From Owenia fusiformis (lineage: Eukaryota), in NCBI GenBank assembly GCA_903813345.2, contig CAIIXF020000001.1, forward strand, positions 47,678,001-47,742,000: DNA of 64,000 nt. Direction: 5' to 3'. The translations under genes and the position numbers were made by a program. Numbering within the stretch: position 1 is the stretch's first letter; every line of letters starts with the position of its first letter. Shown here one piece after another: positions 13,492 to 27,104 of the stretch. A model generated the notes under the pieces. The model made no database searches, had not been told where the DNA came from, and saw nothing but the letters and a program-made list of their open reading frames with translations.

Positions 13492-16400
13492 ATGGACACC
13501 CTTTCGTCTCACATAGGCTGTGTTAGTCACAACGGTACCCAGTTACTCTCGCCAGGGGGTCCGTTTTCCGGAGTACCGAATCACCACTACCACTACCCAG
13601 GGTACCAGCCAGCTGCAAAGTGGATGGATCGATCCTGCCTCGGAGAGCCCAGGGCTCCCACAGCCAGGCCTCGGGCTGAGCCCCGAATCCGTAGACCGAT
13701 GAATGCGTTTATGGTATGGGCTAAGTCTGAGAGGAAGCGACTCGCTGACGAGAACCCGGATGTCCACAATGCAGACCTTAGCAAAATGCTGGGTAAGTTT
13801 ATATAAGAATTACAAGACGTAGAGTGGGATATTGTATAGATCTTTGCGATAGGACAATTTAATCAAAATGCTCATACAGGTACATGAATAGCTAAAACAT
13901 TTCCATCTAGAGTAAGATTTCAATTATTACATGGCATTGGATCGTAAGAAATATAGGTTTCAGGGTTTTTTACATAGTCCAAGTACAACTTCCACAGTGT
14001 ATCGCAATTAATTGTTTTTATCATTTGCTTTAAATAACCTTTTAGGTTCGGCAACAAGCAAAAACAAAGCAAAACACCATTATAAATAGGTGAACTTGAC
14101 ATTAAAGTGGTAGAAATTAAAATGATAGAGAGCATAAATTCACGGCTGTATTTTTAACATTAGCACGTCAATGTCTCGCTTACGATCCCTTTAATATATT
14201 TGAAAAATTGACAAATCCTTTTTTCAATCAAACCATCTTCACCGTATACACGAATTAACAGAAACTTTTCCGGAACGTTATTACAGTTTTACTTGTATGC
14301 AACTAGTAACTTCAGTGCTCACATCACTCCGTGTCAGACCTACGGTATCTCCTAAACAGCGACGGCTTTGCGGCGGCTTTGACACTTGCATGAACTTCGA
14401 GACTAAATTCTGTTTGTTTTATACCATTTGAGACTGAATTATCTATCTTGCGTGAGTACTAATATCTTCTATTTTCGATGCCTAGAGTATCTGAAATACA
14501 ATGTAACTTTGTATTTCATCTTCCTTATTTGTTCAAGATCTTTTACACTGACTCGGGTAAGTCTAGTATGAATGAAATGTTCTGTAGAGTTGTGGTTTCG
14601 GATTGTGTTGATGATTTCTAAATGGTGGGGATGGAAGGGAGGGTGTTGCCAGGCATTGTTTCTTTGTGGGATAGATTATAGGTTGTTATGACCGGTTGTT
14701 TCAGTTACTTGTCTTGTGTTGTGTTTTCTGATACTCTGGTCTCTCCATTTGGCACTTGTGCGGACTGATTTCCAAGTGAACGATCTATTTGATATGGTGT
14801 AATTCTCGTTTCAATAGAGGGATAGGAAGAATTAAGCTGTATATTTAGCTATTGGTAATTTTCTTGCCATATTGTTTACAGACACTGTGCCCAATTTTCG
14901 ATAATTTGTTTCATCAAAAGGGACCGGAATTTGTTGAAAGGATCCATTTACAATTACTCACAAAACCTGACGTTTTAATTTGGACAATGGACATGTATGC
15001 GTGCATCTTTGATGTGCAGTATCTTCCAATCATATTTGGTCAACTATCTCATTCAGGAATTATTTAGGATCCAATGTAACAAATACACGTTGCTTCAAAT
15101 ATTTTACTGAATTTCGCTGCCAGTTGGAATCTGGAAACAAAACACGTGTTAATTTCAGCAAAACTGTGGATCTTTAGCTTTGGCATCCCTTTAACTCTAG
15201 TCCTACACTATGTACATTGAGAGGTCTTATGTAGGACACAGAGACATAGTTTTGGTGACCTAAGTACTTTTGTATGCTTAAGCAATACATTAATAGTTAT
15301 ATTATTGGGATGCTGAATTGTCAATTATACCTTTTATGATTTAAATGTCTGGGTTATACTTTAAACTTTGGATCATAAGTTGCTTTGACTGTTATTTTGG
15401 ATTGCCATCTTGTCATATTGAGCAATGTTATGGTATTCGTGAGACAAAAATCAAATATTCTCTTCTCAACACTCTCTTGAAACTAGAATAAATCTGAAGA
15501 TCAAATTTATTGTTCTGAATTGGGGTTTCGAAAAGTATTAAACAGTGTAAACTAAAATAATGACAGCTCGCTGACGACACGAGGTTTACCTTTATTATCC
15601 CAGCGAGCGAACGCTGATCGGACTGTAGCAAACTCATCTGTCCGTCTGTCGTCCACTAAAGAGTCATAAAGATATTTCCTCTATATTTTGTGTGACCGTG
15701 GGAAAATACAGTCGTTTATGTTTAAGTGGTTGTTGTACCTTCGATACCTAAAACAGCAACGTTTTACAATACGCACAAACTTACATGAATTGCCAAATAT
15801 CTTGAATTGCCCCTTGTATGGCGCAAAAACCAAATTTGCAGGTTGATTCAGCGTTTACGCTTAGATCATATGCATATGAGAAGATCTGTTGTTGTAGATC
15901 CATAGGGATTTTTTGGGTTGTAGCCTCATATATGTTGCAGTGATATATAAATAAATTACACGTAACCATGACGACTGCATGATTGGAAATGATTGGAACA
16001 ATAGACTTGCAACACTCTTATAAAGTTGAGAGTTAGTTTAAAGTTTAATATAGTTTATTTTTGTGTCACAAGCATGTTAAAATACATTTAAAACATTTTA
16101 AAAACATTTGCTTCCAGCCGATGCCGGCTTATGAGACACCATATGGTACATGTATACAAAATATTCATTTTTCAACAAAATATTCAATTTTCAATGTAAA
16201 CTTACTAAATGCAAAATAAACAGTCATAGAGACCATGTATACAAAGTTCATTGTTCCTTTACTTATACTGAAAGGAGACATCTTCCCCAAGGTTGATGTT
16301 CCTGTAGATAAGTGGAAAAAGAAACCATGATCAATTGGTGATGTGAGGGCCCTCTGGTTGGTCCAATACCCCCAAAGGGGTCCCCACAATGTAGTAGATT

Positions 16401-19400
16401 TACAGAGTTGCTATTATGTTATACATTATTATGGAAATATTTATGCATCATTTATACATTATGACAGTATCACAATTCTAAATAGTGAGTAAAAGGTGCT
16501 GTAAAGTGGCAAAATCGATTTTATAAGGCCTCCATCCAGTCATACTATATAAATATATAACTGACCATTGACAGATAACATTTCTGTGCTTATAACAAAA
16601 TAGAATATGAGACAATTCATTAGTTTGCTATTCTTGAGTAATTACAAATATAGGTTCTGTTAAAGTCTTTCTAGATCAAAGTTCCTTTTACTGAACATCT
16701 TAAACAGTGTACTTGCAAAGGTTCTCTGTATACAGGGTGTGTGCATAAGTCTAGAGAACAGCATAATATGATCATTTGTACCAGTATCAATGTTAGGGGC
16801 CAGTGTATTAACAGAAGCTAGAAAATTATTTCTCAAATCATTGTAGTGAGAGCACCTGAGAGTGAAGTGTATCTCATCCTCAATCTCATTAGTGTCACAT
16901 AAAGCACATTTTCGTTCCTCTAGGGGTGTATTGGTATAACGGCCTGTTTCAATGTTCAGTTTTAATGCTCCAGTTCTTAGTTTTGCAAGGATACTTCTAT
17001 GATGGCGAGGCATAAACATTTCAATGTACGCTTCGGTTGATGCACCATATTTAAATTGACGATATGTTCTAAGTTTGTTGCCATTTGTTTCATTATTTTT
17101 ATCGTTCCAGATATTTCGAAGAAAAGGATCAATAGTTTGGAGGTGATATTTAATAGCTTTAATACATGGTTTTATCTCAATGTACTGATTGTTCAGAAGT
17201 ATACCACAAGATTCAATGAAATGTTTTGTGCGGAAATTCCAGCTTGATTTTCTCCGTAGTGACCATATATGTATCCGGTTATTTAGTCTGGTATTTTCCA
17301 TATTGTGGAGTCGCAAATATAGTCGGGCACACTCCAACTTTTGCTTGTGGATAGGAGGGCTCCATCCCATGTCACCTCTCGCTCCTTCATTGCTTGTCTT
17401 TTGGCCTACTCCTAGGAATATTTTTGTTGCTTTATTTTGTACATTATTGATACAGCGATTGGGCGAATTTTAAGCAATACTTTATGTTATTAACCAGTAT
17501 ATCATGAACTGTTCCATCATTGACATTGATTTGAAAACACCAACTTATTTTGTTTATCGTTCAACCAAGGGAAAGATCAATACCCGGTGATTTCAGCGGG
17601 AAGTGGCGTTTCGTTCATTGGATGAGCTGCGCGCGCACGCATAAAATGTAGGCTATAAGCACAGTGACCTACAGAGGGCGCTATCACAAACAAGTACTGG
17701 ACGAACCGATAAATTCCCGGGTATTGTAACGCCCTTGGTTCAACAGCGTGGCGTTGTCGTTTGCAATTCTGCCTCTGGCAAGGTTAATGCAGGATACCTT
17801 TACCTTGACCGAGTAACGTTCTTTAAATAAGTTTATTACTCAAGTTGTTACTTTTTCATTACATCTCAAGTTATATGTCTTTTAAAATGCTCATTTCTCT
17901 ATCTGATTCTATACAACACATCCAAAAAGACGACGTGCTAGTCTCGGTATAGGTATTTCATTTTGGGCCTATTCCATTTTATGTTACGGCCCCAAAGAAA
18001 ATGTATCGACTATGGGATCTCATACTGTACCCCCAATCCTTTTTGAAATGTAATACAGCTCAGCTCTACGTTGATTTACTTACAAATATAATTTGAGCCC
18101 CTTCCCTTACGGATTTCCGTACCTGCCTCCGTAATCTGGATCTCTTTTTCACATGAATAAAAAAAACTAATAGGCCTACAGCGGTGTATGGTATCCTCTC
18201 TTGACCCTTAAAGCACTACATATTCTACGTGTAAAAATTCTATTGCAAACAATTATATTCATTACATGTTTCGAATAATTGATCGCTGCGAATATTTTAA
18301 ACGTTGAATTTTATGACTTGTATATGAATTTAGTTATATCTATGGTGCTTATAGTAGTTTGATAGTAGTTTGAGAATAAAAATGGTAAACATTATTGACT
18401 GTAGTTGACATGAGTGAGTACTCATAATGGGCAATGGTTGTCATGTATCAGAGAGTGTTTATAATGGGCAATGGCTGTCATGTATCAGTGAGTATTCATA
18501 TAGGGAAATGGCTGTCATGTTCAGTGAGTATTCATAAAGGGCAATGGCTGTCATGTATCTGTTAGTGTTCATAAAAGGGCAATGGCTGTCATGTATCAGT
18601 GAGTGTTCATAATGGGCAATGGCTGCCATGTATTAGAGAGTGGCTGCCATGTACCACTATTAGAGAGTGTTTATAATGGTCAATGGCTGTCGTTTATTAG
18701 GGAGTGTTCAAAACGGGCAATGGCTGTCATGTATAAACTAGTGTTTATAATGGGCAATAGCTGTCGTGTATCAGTGAGTGTTCACAATGGGCAATGGCTG
18801 TCATGTATCAGTTAGTGTTCGCAATGGTCTGTCATATATCAGAGAATGTTTATAATGGGCTATGTCTGTCATGTATCAGTAAGTTTTCACAATGGGCAAT
18901 GACTGTTGTGTATTAGGGAGCGTTCAACACGGGCAATAGCTGTCGTGTATCAGTGAGTATTCACAATGGGCAATGGCTGTCATGTATCAGTTAGTGTTCG
19001 CAATGGTCTGTCATGTATCAGAGAATGTTTATAATGGGCTATGTCTGTCATGTATCAGTAAGTTTTCACAATGGGCAATGACTGTTGTGTATTAGGGGCG
19101 TTCAACACGGGCAATAGCTGTCGTGTATCAGTGAGTGTTCACAATGGGCAATGGCTGTCATGTATCAGTTAGTGTTCGCAATGGTCTGTCATGTATCAGA
19201 GAATGTTTATAATGGGCTATGTCTGTCATGTATCAGTAAGTTTTCACAATGGGCAATGACTGTTGTGTATTAGGGAGCGTTCAAAATGGTCAATTCTTGT
19301 CATGTATCAGAGAACTTTTGTTTTGGGCAATGACTGACATGTATCAGTGTTCACAATGGGCAATGACTGACATGTATCAGGGTTAATAATGGGCAATGAC

Positions 19401-22400
19401 AAAGCATATTCTTTCAATGGATTCTATCAGATAATTCATGGATGTGTTGTTAATTATTAGCGTTTGGTTTATTTTTTCGACCAGATGTAAAATCAATTTG
19501 AAAAATCTCAATTTACTAAAATGTGAGAGCACATTAAAATCGGGAAAATCAATGATAAATTGGAAAAAAGTATATATACGAGTATATATGCAACGGTATA
19601 GCCCTTTACTGTCTTGTCGGAATGTGTATAATGATTTATTGAAATCCTACAATATACGATGTTCAGTACATTCTCGATGTCTTATTAATGTTTCTTTTAA
19701 AAATCTAAATGACTGATTTATTCGACACTATGACGTTCGTATTCGCATTGACGAAAACTGTCCAAGGGGGCCTCTTAAGAGTGATTTAGTATTATTAGTA
19801 CATTCTTTGATCTTGTATAGTGGTCAAGGTACCCTATGTGAAGGATCTGAACTTCAAAAAGTTGATCAATCGTTACACAAAACACAAAGGTCAAAAATTA
19901 AAAGAGCATTAGATCGATTCGTGCACTGCCAATACTTATCAATGTTTGCCGAGTCCCAATTCCTCACCAAATCATTCAAGAGACAAACTCCCGTGTGCCC
20001 TGTTACCAAAGAATTCTTGATGAGTAAAAATCATGTGCTTGACGTTTCTACGAAATGTTAGACTTCTGTTGTTGTTTACCATGACGTATATTATTTATGA
20101 TCTCTTGTCCTGGGAACGAGTTTTGCTGCTGTTCGTGACTCCGATTTGAATCATCTTTCACGAAGTCGGTCTTTTGGAAAGGGAGGGATGACATACTTGT
20201 ATTTGAATTAATCATTATTCATAATTTTATGCTACTGCTTTATAAGGCCACTCAGATGAGAATGCTGAATTTAAGATCAATCAGAGAACATTGAATAAAT
20301 ATATGTTTTGTTATTAGGATAAGACGACGTATGTTACGATACTATAAGTTCCTTGATACTTCAAGTTCTTTTGGTAAAATGACTATTGATATTAATAATC
20401 TGCCAGAATCCCATTGTCACGAATTACTACAATTTCAAAACTAGTAAAAAACTTTCAAATTTCAAAACTAGTAAAAAACTTTCAAAAGCTAGTAAGCAAT
20501 CGCTACAGTGAAGAAAGTGGGTAAAGAGAAACACACATCGCAGCTGAAAGGTCTTGAAGTAATTATAATTATCTACTCCTGTTTTGAAAAATCGGAGCCA
20601 AACCTATTTGGAGAAATCAAGTGCAAATCCAGGCTATGACAAGTTTAACATGACCAGGTTTGTAAGAGACGTAAATATTATATTCAACTATACCAATGAG
20701 TAACAGTTCAAGACTATTAGTGTAACGACTACACAGTGCAAACGATGATGCAATGTCCTATACAACAGAATGCAATGCAATACAATACAATGCAACACAA
20801 TACAATATAACACAATACAATGCAAAACAATACAATGCAATACAATACAACGCTACGCAACGCAACGCAATACAATACAACACAATACAATACAATGCAA
20901 TACAATACAACACCACGCAACGCAACGCAATACAATACAACACAATGTCCACACAGTGTCCAATACAATGCAATGCAATACAATATAATACAATACAATA
21001 CAATGCAATACAATACAACGCCACACAACGCAACGCAATGCAATACAATACAACACAATACAATACTTACAATGCAAATACAACACAATACAATAAAATA
21101 CAATACAGTACAACACCATACAATACAGTACAATACAATCCAATACAGTTACAATATGATAATACAATGATGTACCATATAATATAAAATAGCTAATACA
21201 TCATGAAATAGAAAAGAAGAGTAGCTCATACAATATTTACAATACAAAGCCATATTCACAAAGTGAGCTAGTTAAAGGATAGTGGGTGAATAAAAAACCA
21301 AAGCATGCATTAACATGGAGAATGGAGATGCATAGTATCTTCTTCGTGCCAGGCATTTATCTGCTAATTAGAAATCATGGGATACCGCTGTGATAAGACA
21401 AGTAGTTTTACTTACAGTTTAATTGCATTCTAATTAAATCAGCTCCCATTCTAATTGACACACTGAGGGCTAGGCCAGGACACCGATCTCTGAATCTGAC
21501 ACCAGTTGAGACGCCTTTAATAAACATTTCGCGAAACCCTCAACGACCTAATGACTTTTAGAAGAATTTAAAGACGATTCTTTCAAAAGCAATTAATCAT
21601 AACTAAACTAAAAACCACAAACAAAAAGCATTTTCTTGGTAGGCTTTTATACATCTTTCTGTACTTGTACGTCATTGTCAGCTGATGTGCTGTTTATATC
21701 TCATGCTTTACTAATATTTCTCGTATGTTGTATTTATAGGGAAGCGCTGGCGCAGTCTTCCTCTAGTAGAAAAGCGACCATTTGTGGAGGAGGCAGAGCG
21801 ACTGAGAGTCCTCCATATGCAGCAACACCCCGACTACAAGTACAGACCACGAAGGAGGAAGACGCCAAAACGAGCAGTAAAGAGAATGACGGGTATACCA
21901 GCTTCGATGGTGACCCCAAATACGTCAAATGATGACAGTTTAGGAAGTAGCTTGCCCGAGGATTCCGAGTCATGTTCACCATCACCTGTGTCAATGTCTG
22001 AACCATCACTCGACTCCCTCATGCCATCTCTAAATGGATACAACGAACAAAAGAGCGCCTCTATTCTGGTAACTAGTGTTTTGAACACACCAGACTCATC
22101 TCCAAGATCAAGCCCAGAGCTTGGTGAATCCACTAAAACATTTGTTGGACAAAACAGCCCAGGTCATTGTTTAGAGCGTAGTAGCAGACCATCCCACTTC
22201 CAAAATCAGCACTTCTCCCAGGCTATTGGTCCTCTTACCCCTGATATGTCCCCAATGGAGCCAAGGGACGATATTTTTAAGTTCCCCCCACCTTTCTCGA
22301 TGGCGGAATCGATCCCGCCTATAGGAAGCCCCGTTGGAGAGCTACTGAGACGATTCTCTAGAGCACCCGTGACTGCCAATAGTCCACCCGCCAGCAGCAA

Positions 22401-23016
22401 CTCCTCTCAAAATTTGGTAACACTGCGCGCACTCGTCAGTAGCCCCAGTCCAAGCGCAACATTCCCATACCTTTATGGGCGAAGTACCAGCCAAGAACCC
22501 CCAACATTAACCACACCATCCCCTCCACCAAAATTATCACATCAGGATCCACCACTTTTAGACGGGAGTTTAAGCCAATACCATTCTGGAGAATCCAAAA
22601 TAGGTCGCTTCGCGCATCCTCCAGAGGAACTGATTCTTGAACAATTCTCCCAAGCAGAGGCCTTAGCTGACGTCGATCGCAGCGAATTTGATCAGTACTT
22701 GCCTGGAATTAACGACCATAGTGTGTCAGGCACACTGACACTAATGGAGATCAAAGAGGAACAAGCCGAGAGCTTTACAATCAAAGAAGAATTGACTTTT
22801 GATAGTAATGACTGTGCACTTAGTGAAGAGAAAGGGTGCATTAAGAACAGTAGTAACAACGATAATCAAGTCGTTGTTGGACAAAATGACAATTATAGGC
22901 ACAGTCAGGTCTATGAGAATACATTGGACACATCGGGAACGTATACCTACGAACACATGGACAGCAATTCCTGCCTCATATCTGCACTCACTGGTGAACA
23001 TTCTGCATTTTACTAA
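13492..23016 (+). CDS. SoxF: SoxF-group HMG-box transcription factor (Sox7/17/18-like), join(13492..13792,21740..23016), 525 aa
   Basis: Spliced HMG box reads [79 protein letters not shown]. Donor G|GTAAGT at 13793, acceptor TTATAG| at 21739, phase 1 on both sides. C-terminal [11 protein letters not shown] motif and LISALT..SAFY tail are typical of SoxF. Confidence 0.95.
16030..17470 (-). mobile_element. 5'-truncated non-LTR retrotransposon (CR1/L2-group-like LINE), antisense within the SoxF intron
   Basis: Open frame ~17469-16660 encodes the post-RT region ([12 protein letters not shown]...[37 protein letters not shown] finger CALC...[10 protein letters not shown]). Putative 3' UTR ends in AATAAAC plus short AAACT-like repeats near 16030-16060. 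RT core and endonuclease are absent. Confidence 0.88.
17566..17737. mobile_element. 172-bp MITE, P-superfamily-like (CA...TG termini, 7-bp TSD)
   Basis: GTTCAAC|CAAGGG...AATACCCGG...CCGGGTATT...CCCTTG|GTTCAAC; imperfect ~30-bp TIRs. Confidence 0.7.
18410..19400. repeat. ~37-bp minisatellite with ~179-bp higher-order repeat
   Basis: Monomer ataatgggcaatggctgtcatgtatcagtgagtgttc. A five-monomer block recurs at ~18751, ~18930 and ~19108. Confidence 0.92.
20750..21165. repeat. (CAATA/CAATG/CAACG)n pentanucleotide microsatellite
   Basis: Directly visible. Generates six spurious low-complexity ORFs at 20729-21187. Confidence 0.95.
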
Positions 23017-24183
23017 ACTAGGACATTTCTTGGAAATGTACAAATATAAGACATACTGTAATCAAACGAACGAGAGAAATATCTCTGAAAATGTGACTTC
23101 TATAAGAAAAAATACTGTTCGTCTTTTGGGTGTATTTATAATCAAAATTCGTACTTGTAAACCTCAAAAGATTTGTATTTCGGCCAATCGATCAGTTAAC
23201 ATGTATATACAACAGTGGTGTAATAATATTTATTTCATATCCGGTTCTGACTGTGGACGCGTGATATGATGGCGCCCATGTGCAACGGTGGAGTCTTCCA
23301 AATACTCAATGTTTAAAACATTTCAGTGACTGAAAGTTATAATGAAACTTATACTTTGTACATTTTTGTATATTATTTTATAAAATACATATCGATATCA
23401 TATGCAACTGTATGGATATTTAACAAACAAATGACACAGTGCGTCGCATTTGTCAGTTATGATAACTTGGGACTGCCTGGCCAGCATTTATAGTAGTTAG
23501 TATCCCGAGGGTGTGCAAGTCGATGGACTGGTGCACTTGTCCGTGTGTACTGGTAGTCCATATCTAAGGCTAAATCCAAGTTATTAGGGCTATCAAGGGG
23601 TGCCAACATGAGAGATAAGGCTTACTTAAGCTTGTTTACTCTACATACTTAACATTAAAGCAAACATTTGAGTTATCATTTGAAGAACTGTATCTGTATT
23701 CTGCCATTTCATTTTTGAGTGTTGTGCCTAATTTGTCTTTTGAAGACACTTACTTTGACACGTATAATTGAGCATAAGTAACTTTAAATACATATTAGAG
23801 TTGAAGATTTGCGCACATCAAGGTTAAACATTTGTCTCATCGATTTATCTCATTGTTAAATACATTTTTTCACATCAAAATCTGTTTATCGTACATTTAG
23901 AGCAATGGCCCAAAGTGAGATATGTCAAAATGGATCACAGTAACAATAACCCAGATGCGAGTAGAAATAATCTTGATTTACGTCATTAAAAATTCAAAAT
24001 TCGGTCAAAGTAATATCATATTTGAAATCTACATGTAAAATTACATCTAGAAATGTGGTTTTAAAAAGTGTTTATCAACTTTGAAAAATTAATTTTCTTT
24101 TAAAATGTGACTTCTAGCTCGGGGAGATTCCCCATAGACCCCATGCTATAAAATCACAAAAAATGAAATATCTTTTCTTTTAG

Positions 24184-24275
24184 CATCCTCCTAAGCAGGT
24201 ATCCAGAATCCGTACCTCCTTCTTGTAAAAAGAAAGAAGGTATTCTGGATTTTGAAGCCCTGTGATCGGAGGATG
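24184..24275 (+). mobile_element. Tiny ~90-bp MITE, copy 1
   Basis: TTCTTTTAG|CATCCTCC...GGAGGATG|TTCTTTTAG (8-bp TIR, 9-bp TSD). Second copy at 38167-38254. Confidence 0.75.
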
Positions 24276-26629
24276 TTCTTTTAGTGGACAGATAATATTT
24301 TGCTTTCCTGGACATATTTTCATGAGTATAAGTATCAGACACATAAGGGTTTTATGAAAATTGAGCCACTTAAATTAATAATATTCAAGTTTAAGGGAAC
24401 TTTCTTATATACCTGCCATGTTAATTGACCCGAATCAGCCACCTGGTGGTGAAACTGGTAACTACCTACTCGCATTTGGGTAATTGACAAAAGTTGAGCA
24501 AACAAGCAAAATTTTAAAACTTGTGAGATAATACATAAAAGTTTGAAACTGCCACTTCGCTTAGTTTTGGCGTTGACCACTGAGAAAACTGATAATAGTC
24601 GTGAAAGACCCATGTCCTCGTGACTGAGCTTAGAATCCTGGCTTAACGTACATATACTGTACATGATCTGTGATGAATATTCAACCATTATTGCGATTGT
24701 CTGAAGTAAAAAGTTTGTCTTGGATAAGAGAGTCAAAATAATCTACCCTTCTTCATTTCATCCTTTTGGCAGGGTTGTTGATTTGATGATGCAAATTTTG
24801 CAACACGATCCACAGCATGTTTAGAAATGAGTTGTAAGCTGAACGGCAAAACATGCTAGAGAATTCTTTACGGGTGGCTCACATTCTTGAGCTTGCCAAA
24901 ACCTCTCCGGCATTATCTCAAACTAAAGATGTTCTTTGATAGGAATCAATGCAAATTATTCAGCATGTTAATTGATCTTTTCACTCTAAATGCATTATAT
25001 TTGATCTGTGTCGAGGCACTACTTAATTTAGCACTTTTGGATACGTATTTGGGGCATCAAAATATTTGAATCAACTTCGGGTACTCCTCTCGATAAGCTA
25101 CTGTATTAAATGTATTTGGCCGAAACTAAGTCCGTTTCAATAAATGTATATGATAAAATTTTCAATTCACCACGTTTTATGAGAATAGGAATTTTACATG
25201 TTTACAGTTGATATCTCCGATTGAATAATATTCTGGGCTCTGGGAGATTAACACTGAATTATATTTAGAAGTGCCCTGATAACGTCCCGCTATAGAGAGC
25301 GTTGGCCAGGGGGTTTTCAGGTAGCGGTAGGCTTAAGTTACCGGATTCGGATAAAAGATTATTCAAATATCTAGAAATCAATACATATCATATTTATAAA
25401 TATATTCAACATCATTTTACCTGTTGATACTTGGTGTGTTTTGAGCGAGGTCATTGTGTTCATTGCTTCATTTGGAATTATTGAAAACATTAATCGTAAT
25501 TAGTGTCCTTTACTTCGAATTCAAAAGGAAATTGCGTAACGTTTCTTGGAAGGAAATCGAAGGAACCGAAATGTAAATACATAGTCGACATCAAAGTCAT
25601 AATTTACAAAATAAGTTTCAGTTAACCATCAAATCATTATGTGACACTCGATTTGGTCAATGTAATAAAGAGAGCAAACCCATTCATGCATTCCACGCAA
25701 TCTATTCGAAACATAATTTCTAAAAATTGGATAGATATTGTTCAAGTTAGAGCCATAGTGAAAATTCGCCCTGTGTTTTCAAGAGGTTCTAACAAGTTTC
25801 ATGTAACACCTAGTGCAAATTAGAATAGCAATTAGACATATTTTTATAGAATTTGAGAGCTGTCCCCGATAGGTTAATATTCATTACCTATATATTCTGT
25901 CTACTCTACGAGATGTATTGGCTTTTTAAGATGGGGCACCCCGCCTAGGTATGAACATCAAAGAGCCCGAACTACTTATAAAGTTTATGTCTGCCGTGAA
26001 GTGTTATTGTAAATAAAAAATATGAATATATATTTACATTTGTAAATATGAAACATAAATATATCAATGTGATTGTAATACGTTAGTTTTTTTGAGTGTG
26101 GTAACAATGTTACTGTCTCTACTCAGGCATGACAATGCTGTTTAATTTTTTTGAAATCAAAATATTTTTAAGTGCACATTTGCAAAATTTAACGTTTATG
26201 TTTTGAATTTTATTGTTTGTCATATTTTTGTAGAAAACTTGGAATAAAATGAATTTATATTCTGCTATAACATATGTTTTGTTTTTATCGCATTAAAAAA
26301 TGTGGCCAAATGTAAATAAAAATATATATCATATTGAAGTACACATAAAAAACACCTCTAAACTTCAAATATTGAATATTGAATTGTAATTAACTACATG
26401 TTATAGAAGTCACTTTTAAAGTTAATTTCAGATTTGAAATATATGTCCTCGATCATATCTGACCATAAAGAGATATACCAGGCTCTCAGAAATATTTTAA
26501 ACAGTGAATACGTTCAAAACTGTTGAATTGCCAAATTGATAATAAATCTTAGTTTGTCTCAATTAACGTCCCATATTTGTATTGTCGGAGATTCGAGAAT
26601 TTCGAGCAATGGGCATCAAACGTACATAT

Positions 26630-27104
26630 AAGGGTTATGTACTGGGAGGTTTCGGATATAGGATATATCCCGAGGAATATATTTATAGACGGGACGGAAG
26701 GGACCAAGGAGAGATATAAATATTTCCCGAGGGATATACCCTATATCCAAACCCGACTGTACATAACTGATGTATATCAAACTTGAGTGGGTTTGGGGTA
26801 GGAATGAACCTTTCCACCTTTTTCAAATGACGATTATCATTTTCGTAATATTCCTTTAGTTCAATACAATGAAATTGTATCATTTAAACTTTTTAAAAAA
26901 TGTAAACTTTCAAAGTTTCAAACTTTTAAATTTTTTTGATTTGATTTTTGATTTTTTTGATTTTTGAAAAATTCCCGGGAGCGGGATGCATATGGATAGT
27001 ATCTGCCCGCATTTTGCCTGGACCGGGACATATACAATATATCCTTCCCGCTACCCATATATGGTATATATTCCCGGGTGATATCTACCCCAAACCCACT
27101 CAAG
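26630..27104. mobile_element. Adjacent small inverted-repeat elements
   Basis: gttatgtac...gtacataac pair (~26633-26768) and cttgagtgggtttggggtag / ctaccccaaacccactcaag pair (~26782-27104). A related reverse arm lies at ~28190-28432. Confidence 0.6.

Noticed and set aside
18410..19400. CRISPR-like regular ~37-bp periodicity
   Set aside because: Units are contiguous with no unique spacers, there are no cas genes, and the context is a eukaryotic intron.
20729..21187. Cys-rich and Gln/Tyr/Asn-rich ORFs in six frames
   Set aside because: Translation of the (CAATA)n microsatellite.
13492..23016. Assignment to SoxE because of the EFDQYL motif
   Set aside because: HMG residues ([32 protein letters not shown]) are SoxF-type, and no SoxE dimerisation segment precedes the box.
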